Positions 10,560-22,411 are shown, counted from the first letter of the whole stretch. The stretch is DNA of 62,418 bases, filler included, from Vannella sp. (GCA_023345925.1; 6 parts of 6 records of this genome joined end to end with filler, not necessarily neighbours in it); one strand, 5' to 3'. Notes: generated by a model not told the origin, from the sequence alone. Numbers and translations are program-made.

Positions 10560-13500
10560 CTAATTCAGAATAGAAACGCTCACTCCACTTGAGCTCTTCA
10601 CCCCAAACGACAATGTGGGCTGGCTGGCGGTCGGGGGCGGTTCGTGAGATTCGTTCAGTTTTCGTTGTTTGCGAGGGCGTTTGGGTTGGATTTCTGCAGC
10701 TTCAAAGATAATTGGAACGTATTGTTCGCATTCAGCTGCTCCAGGTAATTCTTGGATGAGCTTGCGGATGATTCCCCGTGCCAATCCAAAGTATTCTGTT
10801 CCTGAGACGGCATTGAAAGATTTCTTTTCTTTGCCTTCAACTGCTTCTGAAGCAGACTTGACCTGTCGAAGCATGTTTGTCCAGGCACCAGTTGCAGAGG
10901 TTGCTAAAGAGGCCTGATTGGGGGCATCTCGTGCAGTCACTCGGAACATGGGACGCTCTCCGCCATCTACAATCTCGCTGATGTATTCTGTTCGTTCACC
11001 AGGATTGAGGAAGGACTGATACACTCGCACAGAACGGAAACCGACAGTCCAGATATACTTTGAGTTATGATACTCTTTGCGGTCACTGACAACGGAGCCC
11101 AGCGACTCGATTCGCATCTTCCCAATGACAATAGGGAAGATTGGAGATCCATCTGACGCTCTTGTCACATCTGTGAAGTCCTTTCGCTGTGGCTCCTTCT
11201 TGACAGGCTCTTTCTTGGGCTCCTTGATTGCGATGGTCCGGAATTCTATCGAATCCTGCAATATCGGGAAATTGAGCTTGGCAGGCGGATTCTGAGCTTG
11301 TGTGATAATCTTGGACAGGTTCTCAAGCCGCTTTGTCAACACCTTCTCTTTGGGAAAGTCCAACGCTGCCGTGTAGACTTCAATCTGGCGGCCACGTCTC
11401 CTCCTTTTTGGCGCCTCCCCTGTCTCATCAATGGAGGCGAGGAGTCCCGGTTCCTCTTCGTCTTCACTTTCGTGCCCACTTCCGGTTCCATCTACGGTTG
11501 TAAGAATGACTGGAGGAGGAGCTCCTCCGGATGCCTCCAATTTAGCGAGAGCCAACTCGTAGAAAGGAAGAGTCGGATCGGTACAGATCTTCTCCCATTG
11601 CCCAAATCCGTGAACAGTGACTCCTTTGACAAGTGCCAAATCGTGAACTCCGGTGACCCACCAAGGAGGGAGAGTTGTTGTTGGCTTTGTGTGGCATAAA
11701 AGCTCAGGGAACCTGTCTTGTACAGGTAGCAGCTGCTCTCTGAGTTCCTTAAAGAGCTTGGTGCGGCCAATAATGCGCTTGCATTGTGCAAGACTCAAAG
11801 TAGCATCGCCATCCAGTAGCCATTGAATATCTCCAACATCTACTTCTGCAAGGCGAGCTTGGATGGCTTGTTCCTCTACCAACTCCAGTGCAGTCAAAAC
11901 AAGCCTCCTGAGCTTGTCATACTCTTTTCCAAGGCTGATAGCGTTGTTGGACTGGATAGAGAGAGCATTAGCATACTCTTCGATCATTTGATGAGTCTTC
12001 CTCGTTAACTTGGCGCGTTCCTTGAACTCAATCCAGTTGCGAGCGCCACTCTCATCAGAAGTGACACTATAAGTCGTCAAGACTCGGTAAAAGTCGAGCC
12101 TTTCTCGTTTACTCCACTCATCAGACACTCCCCGGCGGCGCTGACGAATATCTGGCTTGGTTCCTGCTATTTTGTGACCTTGAGCGATCATAAGTAGTCG
12201 CAGAGTCTTTCGCAGACGTCGATTCAGGAACTTTTCTGATGGCCAGGGCTCTTTGGCTTGAGATTCTTCCATGGGAGCCGTATCTTCCATTGGGGTTGAG
12301 TCTTCTTCCTTTGAAGGACCCTCACCTTCACCTTCTTTCTTAAGAGTAGCTTCGCCTTCTTCTGGCACCTCAACGACCAGTCTCGGGTCATTTTGGATGT
12401 TCACTGAAGGGTCTTCAGGGGCAGCAAAGCGTGTTAAAGTCAATCGAGAATCCATTTGCATCTCTGCAAAGCGGTTATAACCGTGATAGAATGTACCCAG
12501 AATGAGGGAACGGTCATCAGCCTCAGTCCATGACTCATCGGCTTGCCCTGGAACTTGAGGAATCGGAGGATCTTCGCCAAAAAGTTGGATGCAAGCTAAC
12601 GTATGTTGGCTCACTTTCGCAATACTTTCGACACGGCGCACAAGAAGCTTTGCATTCCGTTTGGCATACTCCCGGAATTCATGTCCTCGAAGGGTTCCGT
12701 CGTCCTCAAAGTTGAATTGGGATGCGTTAGACGCGCGTTCCCCATTTCCATTCTCTTCCTCTTTCTCACTCGGTTGAGTGTCCTCCATTTGTACGTCTTC
12801 TTGAGATTCAGAGATAACTTCAGTAGTGGCAATCTCTGGCTCAGTGGCTGCAAGGACCTCGCCAGAAAGCAACTGGCTTTTGGGAAGCACTTCCTCTGCT
12901 CCTGAAATAGTGGATGGGCTTCCTATCAGGGAAGCTCCACCCTCTCCCATACTCTCCACAGAAGGATGACTCTCTGGGTCATGTGTAGTGATGGTGGGGA
13001 TAGCTGCTCCTGGAGCGTAGCGCTCTGGGATGAAAGTGCTTTGAATAAAGGAGAGTCCAACATCAGGATCTTCCCCAAGGCACTCGATGAGACGGCGCAA
13101 GAGGGCGTCAGTGTATGCTTGAATCTCGCTAATTTGATACCGCTCAAGACCAGCAGCTCTACGAATAGTATGCCATTGACCGTATCCAAAGAGCTGAAGC
13201 CTTGTTCTAAGTCTATTCCGGTCGCGATTACTCCAACCCAACGTGCTATCATCCGCTGGCATCTCTTCGTTAGTCTCTTCGTATTCTTCGAGCTCAGAAT
13301 CGGAGTCAGAGCGACCGCCACCCCCAATAGCAGCCAATTCATACTCATCAACGTTCCCATAACGTTGGACTTGCTTGCGTCTACGGGGTATGAACTGTAC
13401 TAGAGGGTCCACATGACTCATATCCGGCATGAGCTTTTGCCAGAAGTTAGGATCGCTCACATCAATATGAGCGTTGCTCTCTGCATCAGCTGATACAAAG

Positions 13501-16205
13501 GAAGCCTTGGAGAACGAGGAAAGAGCTGCATTGGCTGGGTCCTTCGAGTCGGGACCGCCCACAACCACTGTGGTGGACCGTTCGAGAATCTTGTCGATAT
13601 CTTCCTCATCGTATTGGTCCGTCCCTGGAGCATCATCAAAGGCACCGTAAGCACCATGTTTGAGTAGCTCGTCTACTTCTTTGATGTTAAGAGGGACGTT
13701 TGCCTTGGATTGAGCCGAGTCACTGCCTCCAACAGACTTCATCTTTGTCAATACAGCTTGGTCTAGACCCAGCTTGAGCGAAGCTTTCTCAAACATCTTC
13801 TTCTCATAAGTGTTGCGAGTGAGAAGCCGATAGATCTTGACCATCTGGGTTTGGCCAATGCGGTGGCATCGTGCTTGAGCTTGAATATCGTTTTGAGGAT
13901 TCCAGTCTGAGTCGTAGATAATGCAAGTGTCTGCAGCAGTGAGGTTAATACCCAGTCCTCCCGCACGAGTGCAAAGAAGGAAGACAAATCGGTCAGAATC
14001 TGGGGCAGAGAATCGGTCGATGGCAGCTTGTCGCTCGTTTCCGCGTTTACTTCCGTCAATTCTCTCGTAATTATAATGCCGGAAGATCAAGTGGTCTTCA
14101 AGAATGTCCAGCATCCGCACCATTTGCGAGAAGATGAGAACCTTGTGCCCTTGTGATTTGAGCTTCGAAAGTAGCTTGTCAATCAAAGCCAGTTTCCCAG
14201 AAGACTTAATCATCAAATTCATGTCATCCAAGTCTCCAAAGGTGGTCCTAGTGCGCATGATATTGTCTTCCACGCCTCGTAGCAGATACGGATGGTTGCA
14301 ACACTTCCTCAATTGCATCATAACATTGAGGAGAGACGGTGCATTCGATGCCTTTCCTCCCATATTCAAAGACGAGAAGTTCTTCTCAAAGATAGCCCGA
14401 TAATACTGCTTCTGGATGGTCGTCAGCTCCACTTCAATAATGGTTTCCTCCTTTGGAGCAATTGACTTTTCAACATCCTCTTTCATACGGCGTAACAAAT
14501 ACGGCCTGAGGATTGTATGAAGCTCCTCCACTTGTGAAGTTTCTGTCAGAGTGCCAAACTTCACCATAAACTCATCTACAGACTCGAATCTCTCCGGGTC
14601 CATCAAATTCAGCAAAGTCCAAAGCTCTTCGGTGTTGTTCTGCAAAGGGGTGCCAGTCAATAGCAGCAAGTGATCGAAAGAAAACGTGCGGAGCACGTTA
14701 ATCAACTTGCAGCTCTTGTTCTTCAGTCTGTGAGCCTCATCCACAGCCACATACTTCCAGGGAATGCTGCTGAGGAGGGCGGCGTCTGTCATGATCATCT
14801 CGAAGGTGGTGATTAAGACGTTGAACTTGAATGGACCGGTGGCTGCCTTCGCGGAGCGCTTGCCTTTAGCAACGCCGTCGTAGTAGAACTCGTGGTCTCT
14901 CATGAGTTGGCGAGCTTCGGTGTTACCGTGATAGACGATTGTGTTCATTTCTGTCCATCCCTCGAACTCTCGTTGCCAGTGAGGGACGGTAATGAGAGGG
15001 GCGATGATGAGGAAGGGCCCTCGTATGCCCACCTGAGAGAACAGGTGGTTGACGACAGAGACCGTCTGGACGGTCTTGCCCAGACCCATCTCGTCAGCGA
15101 GGATGGAGTTGCGCTTGTTATACCAACAGAATGTGAGCCAGTTAAGCCCTTCTAGTTGGTAAGGACGTAGCGTGTGGCCTCCCTTGTAGAGAGGAGACTC
15201 ATCATACTTGGCCCATTTGGAGGCGGCAGGTCTAGCAGGGCACTTGAGCTTTGCAGGGGTGGGTAAGAGGTTGTGAGAGTAGTATTGTTGGATCTTCTCG
15301 TCATCCGCTACGTCAGAGGCGACCTCCCAAGTGGCATCAGAGTAAGGGAGCGCCTGCCACTTGACCAAGAAGTGTAGGCCTTCTTCAGTGTCTGGCTCTC
15401 CTGTGTGGGTCACTATGCGGTCCACTTCGAGGAAGGAAGGGTTGAAGACCTCATCCACATCATCGTAGAGCAACTCGCCCTTTCTTTGGTATCGAAGGAG
15501 CTTGGACTTGCCAAACCGGTCTGCTTCCAGCTCTGATGGCAGTACCCAGGAGCTATGGAGGTAGGATTGGTCTTTCCACTTGACGTAGTACTCTACTTGA
15601 GGGGCGCTTTCATCCTCTGAAGGCGTGAAACGATGCGCCATGATCCGTTCGATGACTTTCTCGTCATCTTGCAGCTTGAGACGCTCAGAATTGATCTCCT
15701 CTCCTTCTTCTTCACTCTCTGCCTCCGGTTCTGGATCATCTTCCAACTCCATGACCTCTTCCTCCTCCTCAGAGGACTCAATCTCTTCAGAAGCAGTGCT
15801 CCTGCGCTTTCGAGAGCTCTTCCGAGTGATAATAGCAGCCTTGGTAGGTCTCCTGCGCGCTCCTCTCTTCGCAGCTTTGAGGACTTCTTCGTAAGACTCC
15901 TCGCAATAGTTGACAGTCCGTCGAGATCGGCGTGTTGTAGACTCTCCTTGTGAAGAAGAACGACTTGCTGAGTCTTGTAATGCTTTTCTGGACCGCTTAC
16001 GGCCGACAGAAGGAGCGGAAGGCTCGTCCGAGTCGTTTTCTTCGGAAGCCCCTTCCGAGCCGTCTTCTTCTTCCTCTGCATTCTCGTGTTCACTCTCTGA
16101 CTCTGCAATGAGCTCCTCTTCTGACCCGTTCTCCTCTTCAGCGTCACTCTCAACGAAGCTCTCCACTGTCTTGGCCCTTCTGCTTCGGGTGGACACTCTG
16201 GGGGG
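10560..16205 (-). CDS. CHD-family (CHD6-9/Kismet-like) chromatin remodeler with tandem chromodomains, SNF2 ATPase and C-terminal FYRN/FYRC; first exon upstream not resolved
   Basis: Chromodomains YYVKWKDQSY and FLVKWQALPY. ATPase motifs ILADEMGLGKT, DEAH, LRKCCNHPYL, RAGGLGINL and QAQARCHRIGQ. FYR motif SGTEYFGL..IQELPGA. Acceptor TGTAG|CCC CCC AGA at ~16205. Confidence 0.93.
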   Translation of the reverse strand, partial: PPRVSTRSRRAKTVESFVESDAEEENGSEEELIAESESEHENAEEEEDGSEGASEENDSDEPSAPSVGRKRSRKALQDSASRSSSQGESTTRRSRRTVNYCEESYEEVLKAAKRGARRRPTKAAIITRKSSRKRRSTASEEIESSEEEEEVMELEDDPEPEAESEEEGEEINSERLKLQDDEKVIERIMAHRFTPSEDESAPQVEYYVKWKDQSYLHSSWVLPSELEADRFGKSKLLRYQRKGELLYDDVDEVFNPSFLEVDRIVTHTGEPDTEEGLHFLVKWQALPYSDATWEVASDVADDEKIQQYYSHNLLPTPAKLKCPARPAASKWAKYDESPLYKGGHTLRPYQLEGLNWLTFCWYNKRNSILADEMGLGKTVQTVSVVNHLFSQVGIRGPFLIIAPLITVPHWQREFEGWTEMNTIVYHGNTEARQLMRDHEFYYDGVAKGKRSAKAATGPFKFNVLITTFEMIMTDAALLSSIPWKYVAVDEAHRLKNKSCKLINVLRTFSFDHLLLLTGTPLQNNTEELWTLLNLMDPERFESVDEFMVKFGTLTETSQVEELHTILRPYLLRRMKEDVEKSIAPKEETIIEVELTTIQKQYYRAIFEKNFSSLNMGGKASNAPSLLNVMMQLRKCCNHPYLLRGVEDNIMRTRTTFGDLDDMNLMIKSSGKLALIDKLLSKLKSQGHKVLIFSQMVRMLDILEDHLIFRHYNYERIDGSKRGNERQAAIDRFSAPDSDRFVFLLCTRAGGLGINLTAADTCIIYDSDWNPQNDIQAQARCHRIGQTQMVKIYRLLTRNTYEKKMFEKASLKLGLDQAVLTKMKSVGGSDSAQSKANVPLNIKEVDELLKHGAYGAFDDAPGTDQYDEEDIDKILERSTTVVVGGPDSKDPANAALSSFSKASFVSADAESNAHIDVSDPNFWQKLMPDMSHVDPLVQFIPRRRKQVQRYGNVDEYELAAIGGGGRSDSDSELEEYEETNEEMPADDSTLGWSNRDRNRLRTRLQLFGYGQWHTIRRAAGLERYQISEIQAYTDALLRRLIECLGEDPDVGLSFIQSTFIPERYAPGAAIPTITTHDPESHPSVESMGEGGASLIGSPSTISGAEEVLPKSQLLSGEVLAATEPEIATTEVISESQEDVQMEDTQPSEKEEENGNGERASNASQFNFEDDGTLRGHEFREYAKRNAKLLVRRVESIAKVSQHTLACIQLFGEDPPIPQVPGQADESWTEADDRSLILGTFYHGYNRFAEMQMDSRLTLTRFAAPEDPSVNIQNDPRLVVEVPEEGEATLKKEGEGEGPSKEEDSTPMEDTAPMEESQAKEPWPSEKFLNRRLRKTLRLLMIAQGHKIAGTKPDIRQRRRGVSDEWSKRERLDFYRVLTTYSVTSDESGARNWIEFKERAKLTRKTHQMIEEYANALSIQSNNAISLGKEYDKLRRLVLTALELVEEQAIQARLAEVDVGDIQWLLDGDATLSLAQCKRIIGRTKLFKELREQLLPVQDRFPELLCHTKPTTTLPPWWVTGVHDLALVKGVTVHGFGQWEKICTDPTLPFYELALAKLEASGGAPPPVILTTVDGTGSGHESEDEEEPGLLASIDETGEAPKRRRRGRQIEVYTAALDFPKEKVLTKRLENLSKIITQAQNPPAKLNFPILQDSIEFRTIAIKEPKKEPVKKEPQRKDFTDVTRASDGSPIFPIVIGKMRIESLGSVVSDRKEYHNSKYIWTVGFRSVRVYQSFLNPGERTEYISEIVDGGERPMFRVTARDAPNQASLATSATGAWTNMLRQVKSASEAVEGKEKKSFNAVSGTEYFGLARGIIRKLIQELPGAAECEQYVPIIFEAAEIQPKRPRKQRKLNESHEPPPTASQPTLSFGVKSSSGVSVSILN

Positions 16206-16748
16206 CTACAGAGGAGGTCAGCGATCATGTTTTGGTATTGTGCTCTCTTTAGAATGTGAAAGCGCCCGCCCCCTCACTGCCTTCCGCACACCCAAACACT
16301 TTCACCACGCCGCCCTTCTCTTGTTCGATCAAGGAGAGACGCTGAGGTACGAGGGAAAGTAACGGAACTCATAGTGCAGAAGGCAACAAGGGGAACCGGT
16401 GAAAACACAGAGAAGGGGAAGAAGGGAGGAAGAGGACCCTCCCATTCGCAGGAAGTACAAGAAGAGGCTTACCCTCGTCATTGTTCACTTCACCAACGGA
16501 GCGAAGCTAGTCAAGACCTCTTGGACAAGAGAAAACTTCACCTCAAAGATTTTGGATCCTGGTCATTGGAAGAGCCCTCAAGCCCGATGCCCAGTCACCT
16601 TAAAAGGCATTTCCCTGGTAGGGTTTCCTTTTCGAGACACACATATCTTGAATCATCGCGATCTCAGGTCTTTGTGTCAGATTCATCAGAGTCATTCGCT
16701 TTTGAATATTGTAAATAATCGCATTACTATTATTTGACACCGGTGGGC

Positions 16749-17072
16749 ATGGACATGGACCCGGACTTACTCTTCATGCTGGAAGCGATCAAAGAAGCGG
16801 AAGCTGGCCTAAGCGAAGGGGGAATACCTATCGGATCAGTTTTGGTTTGTGATGGTGAGATCATCGGTCGAGGCCACAACCAACGCATCCAGAAAGGGAG
16901 CGTGATCCACCATGCGGAAATGAACTGCCTGGAGAATGCTGGACGTCAGGTCGCATCCGTCTATCGCCGTTGCACCTTGTACTCGACCTTGTCCCCCTGC
17001 CCCATGTGCAGTGGAGCAGCCCTACTCTACGGTATCCCCCGCATTGTGGTTGGAGAGAACAAAACTTTCCAA
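16749..17072 (+). CDS. Cytosine deaminase (Fcy1-like, CDA-fold zinc deaminase), 3'-truncated by contig end
   Basis: EGGIPIGSVLV, GHNQRIQ, HAE and SPCPMC zinc motif, GIPRIVVGENKTF. Confidence 0.9.
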
Positions 17073-17172
17073 NNNNNNNNNNNNNNNNNNNNNNNNNNNN
17101 NNNNNNNNNNNNNNNNTTAATTAATTAANNNNNNNNNNNNNNNNNNNNNNNNNNNNNNNNNNNNNNNNNNNN
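17073..17172. other. Artificial contig-joining spacer
   Basis: N44-TTAATTAATTAA-N44 (stops in all six frames); identical 100-nt linker occurs five times. Confidence 0.98.
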
Positions 17173-18127
17173 TGAAAAAGAGAAGCAATCCCCTGTTGAT
17201 GACGGTCAAGAGGTATCTATCAGGCGGGTTTCAAAGAAGCCTAACTCCAGCTCAATTAAGTTCATTGGGGCGACCCTGCGGAACCAATTCTCTTGGGGAG
17301 AGGAAGCGGTGGCGGAACCAGCCATTATTGAAATTGGGGCTCCTTCTCTTGTGGGTGGAACGAACCCTGCTGTCGCTTTGCACGAAGGGAAGCAATTCCA
17401 ACTACCTGCTGAGGCATTATCGCGCCAGGTCCTCCATCCAATCGGCGCCGGAAAACAATTCAAACCCCTTCTTGCTTCAGCATCTGAAAGAAGAGCACTT
17501 CCATTAACTGATATTCAGCATTCCTCCAGCGTTCCGTTAGATCTAAATAAGGCCCGATTCGCCCCAAAGCTAACAGTGGAAAGAACTCTTTCTGCTGGAG
17601 AAGGAACTGCACCTCCTCCTCTTCCCCCTCTACTGAAAGTAGCACCCCCAAGACCTCCCCGCACAGGAAGTCCTTTGACGCAGCCGCACTCTCCTCTTGG
17701 CATGGAGCAGAGGAAGAGTGTTACAAGGCGAGCTACTGCTGGAAGTCCTCAAGAACACGAGATCATCCGAGCAAGGGGACCTGGTTCAGCAAGCCCTCTG
17801 AGTCGTGCTGTAACAGATCATTCGATCAACGGTACGAAGAAAGGAGAATTGATTCCTCCTCCGCAACGAAAGAGACCAGATTCTGTCAAACTGGTCACTC
17901 CTCTTTCCCAATTACCTTCTCAACAACCCCAACCATCTCATTTACGCCGAAATGGCTTACCAGCATCGACAATGATCGCTCCGACTCCCGCAAGCTTGCC
18001 GGATAGACCCATCCCCGTTTCCATCCCCGTTTCCATCCCGTTACCGCCGTCAACGCACTCAACAACGCCAAATCCGATTCCCCGGCATGTCGGACGCGCT
18101 CTCCCAGCGCTGCCTCCAACCACATAG
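17173..18127 (+). CDS. 3' part of a gene with a Pro/Ser-rich low-complexity C-terminus (5'-truncated)
   Basis: Long open frame ending RALPALPPTT*, with PPPLPP and PPRPP SH3-ligand-like motifs. Confidence 0.55.
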
Positions 18128-18148
18128 ACATGAAGATGGCTTTAAATG

Positions 18149-19902
18149 TTAATACCCTCCTTGGTCAGAGAAGATGGTGCGGATCTTGTCGTTGTTGGGA
18201 TTGATGGCGCCCACAAAGTCGGGATGGTCTTGCACCAGTTTGTCGAAAAGGATTCCGGCCACCAGTGCGTTGGCCTGTTGGGAAGGGTGGAAGCCGTCTA
18301 CTGGTTCAATGAGCTCATAAACTTGGCCACCTTGTGCGGTCCACAGCTTGATGGCCTCTGGCAAGGGGAAAGGATAGTAAGCCATCTTGAAGTTCGAGTA
18401 AGTGTGTTCCGATACGATCTTGGGATACACCGCTGACAGCTCACGAGCGCGGGCAGAGGTCAAAGCTCGAACCGTCGCATTCGAATTCATCCAGCCCCAG
18501 CAAGGACTGATCTGCAAGCAGTTCAGGTAGTCATAGACCTCCTCATAAGTAGCACCAATGGGGTGGGTACGGTTGTACATGGCATTCCAAAGCACCTCCC
18601 CTTGAGCCAGACCCACAAAAACAACAAAACTGCCGTTGGGCAGTGTCTGGGAAAGATAGTCGAGGGCGGAGAGCACGTTCGTTTCGAACTCCTCAGGGGT
18701 GGTCATGGTACTGAAGGTCTGGTGGCCACTGCAAACGTCGTTTCCAACGAGTGCATAAACCACGAGGGCCGGATGGTCATCAGAAGTACGGGCCATCGAG
18801 GTGACGATGCCAGGAGGGGCCATGGAGGATGTGCGAGCCCCATTGACTCCAATGTTTTGGAAGTCTCGGAAGTTACATCGGTTCTAAGTAGTCTGTTTGA
18901 GTCTCATGGAGGAGTGGGAGGGGTTTTGGGACGTACACGGTTGAGTAGGTTCAAGTAGAGGCTATCCAGAGGACCTTCACAATCCCCAGTGGTGTCATTC
19001 AAGTGTCCAGTGCCCCAGCTTCGGTGAGGCCAGTCTGCTTCGTCCAAACCCCAAGGAAGCACGTTGTGGAAGAGCTTGCTCCCCCTGTGGACCCGTCAGT
19101 CAGCGGTCCGTACGAGCATCTCTTGCACTAACCGTTTGTAATCAGCAGCAGACAAGTACTTAGGAGGAATGCGGAAGTGAGCCGTTGCGCTGTCTCCCAA
19201 AGAGATGATTCCTCGTCGGTCACTGCCCTCGCAGAGCTGCTTCTCGTACGAGCGACCCAAAGAGTCACGTCCAGAGATGCCGTTGCAGTCTTGGTCGATG
19301 CTATCAGGGAAGGTGCTCGACTTGCGGCCTGGATAAACCTTTTCGGACATGCCGTTGCAATCCTTTCCTCTCCAGTGGGCCCCGCGCATCGTATCAACAA
19401 CGGCAGAGAACTTGTCACCGTCAAGGTCGACGTCAGGAACGTGCTCTGCAGTCCACTTCTCAATGGCGCCCTGAAGCCACGCCCAAGTAGCCCGGTCGCT
19501 CTGTTGGAGAGGACCTGTTTGGATGAGACTCTCAGGTGCAACACCAGTACGGTCAGGCATAAGGTTACAGGTGGGGCTTAGGCAAACGCCAAACCCGCGG
19601 CAAAGCTGGTCCGCTGAGGCACCATTTCCGATCTTTTGGATCATTTCAGGGCCGTAGCGTTCGGCAAATACGATACAAGCAGTTGACTCGGCTTCAGGAA
19701 GGGTTGTACAGTAGTTCACAGCCACCTTATCAAAGGATTCCTCGTCAATCGCCATCAAGTTGAAGATTAACTGCAAAACAATGGTGCACGCGGCACACTC
19801 GGATCCTCCATTCGCGTCAGCAGCCACAGAACTCGTCAGAGACAGAAGGCAAAGTGAAACCAAGACAGCCACCAGACCTCCTCGTGGAGCTCCCAACTGC
19901 AT
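18149..19902 (-). CDS. AOAH: Acyloxyacyl hydrolase (LPS lipid A deacylase): signal peptide, saposin-B domain, SGNH lipase
   Basis: Signal peptide, then saposin CAAC..C..C..C, DLDGDKFS, RGAHWRGKDC, DQDCNGI, catalytic LGDSATAHF, DWPHRSWGTG, GNDVC and EPVDGFHPSQ. One 48-nt intron at 19085-19132. Confidence 0.95.
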
Positions 19903-20078
19903 GTCACCAAAAACTGAAACTTTCAGCAAGAATTCGACCCTCGCTTTCCGCCAATCAGGGCTTGACCCGAGCGCAGTCTTGGATTCTGATTGGCTCACAG
20001 AATCCAACAGCGAAGTTTTTGCCACCTTGTTTGATCAACGGCAAATAAATGGAAAGAAATTCTTTCGATACAGGCATT

Positions 20079-21165
20079 TTAATGAGGGCGTTGTTGGAGA
20101 AGGGGAATGTCGCCTTGGGCGACCTTGGCCTTGAAGGTGGCCATGAGAGCGTCCTCCTTGGCCTGGTAAATGGCCCGTAGTTCGGCTCGCTTGTTGGCTT
20201 GATCGTCTTGTTTGAGCTGTCGTTGCTCGTCTTGTCTTTGTTGGCGTTGTTTGAGGTGGTGAAGAGATGGTCCAGAATCGCGACCTCCTCCCATCAAGAA
20301 GTCGTCTGAGTAGGAGACGTCGTGGTCACGGTCTCCTGCAGCTTTGGTAAAGGCTGCGCGTTGCTTCTTCTTCTCTATCATGGCTTCTCGGCCCACCGCT
20401 CGTGGGACAAGTTCCTCTTCGACAAACTTGTTGTCCCTGTGGAAGCTCTTCCTCTCTGCCCTCAATCGCTCCCACCGTTGTTCTTGTTCGTATCGGTCTG
20501 GTCTCTCTCCGGTGGAAGAAGATGAGGAAGCTGGAGGCAAGTAGCCTGACGAGCTTGGTTTCTTGTCTCTTTCGGACCGATTGAGCCAGCTCGACTGGAC
20601 CGGTGCAGTCAGGTTCCCGTCGTAGTAGCGCTCTACACCACACAGTTAGCAAGGTAGACAGAGGGAGGAGTGGGAACGGTCTGGTCTTACGAGGAAGGTC
20701 TCCGCTATTCCAAGACTCCACGAAGAGGGCAAAGTGCTCTCGAGCCTCTGTGTTGGTGATATCGTCCCAGGTGGTACTCTGAGAGGCTTTGAGCCAGTGT
20801 CGGAACTCGCGGTTGTGGCTGTAGTAATGATCCTCGACGGAGATCAGTTGTGAAGGGGGTTTGCCTACGGAAGGCTCTTTTTGATGAAGGAACGCTTCTG
20901 CTTGGCGCTGAAGTGCGTCCAATGCGTTCTTCTTTCGCTCTTTCTTCTCCTTCTTCTCCGCTTTAGCCTTCCGCTTCTCCTCTTTTCGTTCTTTCTTTCG
21001 GCGTTTCTCTTCGCGGGCGTTATCACGTTCCTCCCTGTCTCTATGCCCCTTTGGAGAGCTCTCGAGATCTCTGTCATGATCTCTCTTCACCCTCTTTCGT
21101 GGGGGCGAGTCCCTGGGAGAGCGAGCTCGTCCCCTGTCGTGCTCCCTTTCGCTCCTGTGGCTCAT
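20079..21165 (-). CDS. Conserved nuclear protein resembling the SCI1 (style cell-cycle inhibitor-like) family; RS/KE-rich N-terminus
   Basis: YYSHNREFRHWL...AREHFALFVESWNSGDLP|QRYY and EELVPRAVGREAMIEKKK motifs; intron ~20633-20689. Confidence 0.7.
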
Positions 21166-21222
21166 CAAATGGCGCCAAAAGCATCCCCTTGGAGAGAGAG
21201 AGTGGTTCAGGAGAAGAGAGTC

Positions 21223-22411
21223 TTATTCCTTCAAAAGGACGCGAATGGCATCCTTCTGCTCCTTCGTCAGGGAGCGAGGGAAGATGATCTCGTGGTGCAC
21301 GAGAAGGGTTCCTCGTTGGGATGGGAACTCGTGGTGGGGCATTCCTTCGTTATCCACACGGGAGACGAAGCCAGGTACTGTGACTTGGGTGCGTGAGACA
21401 GGCACTTGGTGCCCATCGAGATGTTCGATCTGGCGCTGATACCCGACGAGAGCCTCCAGCAAGGTGATACGCAGGGTGTAGTGGAGGTTGTTCCCTTCCC
21501 TACTGAACTCTGGATCGGCGTTTGTCGCAATCTTGAAGCGAAGGTCGCCAGGAGTCATGTTGGGTTGGACATCTCCTGCTCTGGGGAAGACGATTTCGTG
21601 TCCATCAGGCATTCCTCTCTCCACTGAGATGGTCAGAGTCTCCTCTCCAGTCTCTACTTTGGTACCGTGGCAATGGGGGCAAGTGCTGCTTGCCACTTTC
21701 CCCTTTCCTCCACAAGCATCGCATTGCACCTGCATTTGTTGGACGAATCCTGGTCCCAGCTGCTTCTTGATGACCTTGATACCCTGTCCGTTGCATGCGC
21801 GGCAAGGCTTCACATCGTCTGGGTTCTCCGCTCCCGAACCGCGGCACTCAAAGCAGAGTTCCTGCTTGCGGTTGACTACTCGGATGTCTCTTCCAAGGTA
21901 CAAGTCTTTCAGATTGACGTACAAGGGTAGTGTGATGTCGGCGCCCTTGCGCATCTGTTCTGTTCATGGCGTGAACGCCAGACTTTGCGATGGGTGAGTA
22001 TTCTTACCGTTCTGCTGGCCGAAGCCGCCTCCAAAGAAGCTGGAGAAGGGATTCCATCCTTGGTTCTGTCCTCCAGCTTTCTTCTTCAACCCTTCCTCTC
22101 CATACTGATCGTACGTGCGACGTTTCTCCTCGTCCTTGAGCACCTCGTATGCTAACGCAAGTTAGACACAGTGGGAGACTTATCCATGTCAACCTACCGT
22201 TGTTAATACGCGCGAACTTGTCCTCTGCCTCAGGATTGTTCGGGTTCTTGTCAGGATGCCATAGCTTGGACAAATCGCGGTAGGCTTTCTTGATTTCCTT
22301 GGCTCCTGCATTTCGAGGGAGTCCCAAAGTTGTGTAGTAGTCTTCGTCCGCCTGTACAAAAGTACAAAACAGCGCCAGCCCCACCAGCAGCAGCAAGCCC
22401 GTGCCACGCAT
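21223..22411 (-). CDS. ER-luminal DnaJ co-chaperone (Scj1/ERdj3-like) with zinc-finger repeats
   Basis: Signal peptide, DYYTTLG and WHPDKN J-domain, G/F linker, four CxxCxGxG-type repeats, C-terminal peptide-binding domain; two short introns. Confidence 0.92.

Noticed and set aside
4744..16362. Many antisense or alternate-frame ORFs inside the long genes (also within VPS13, XDH and DDX24)
   Set aside because: Shadow ORFs expected from codon bias; none carries a recognisable domain.
16374..16737. Two overlapping ~113-aa ORFs between CHD and cytosine deaminase
   Set aside because: Non-ATG starts and no recognisable motifs; probably a bidirectional promoter or UTR region.
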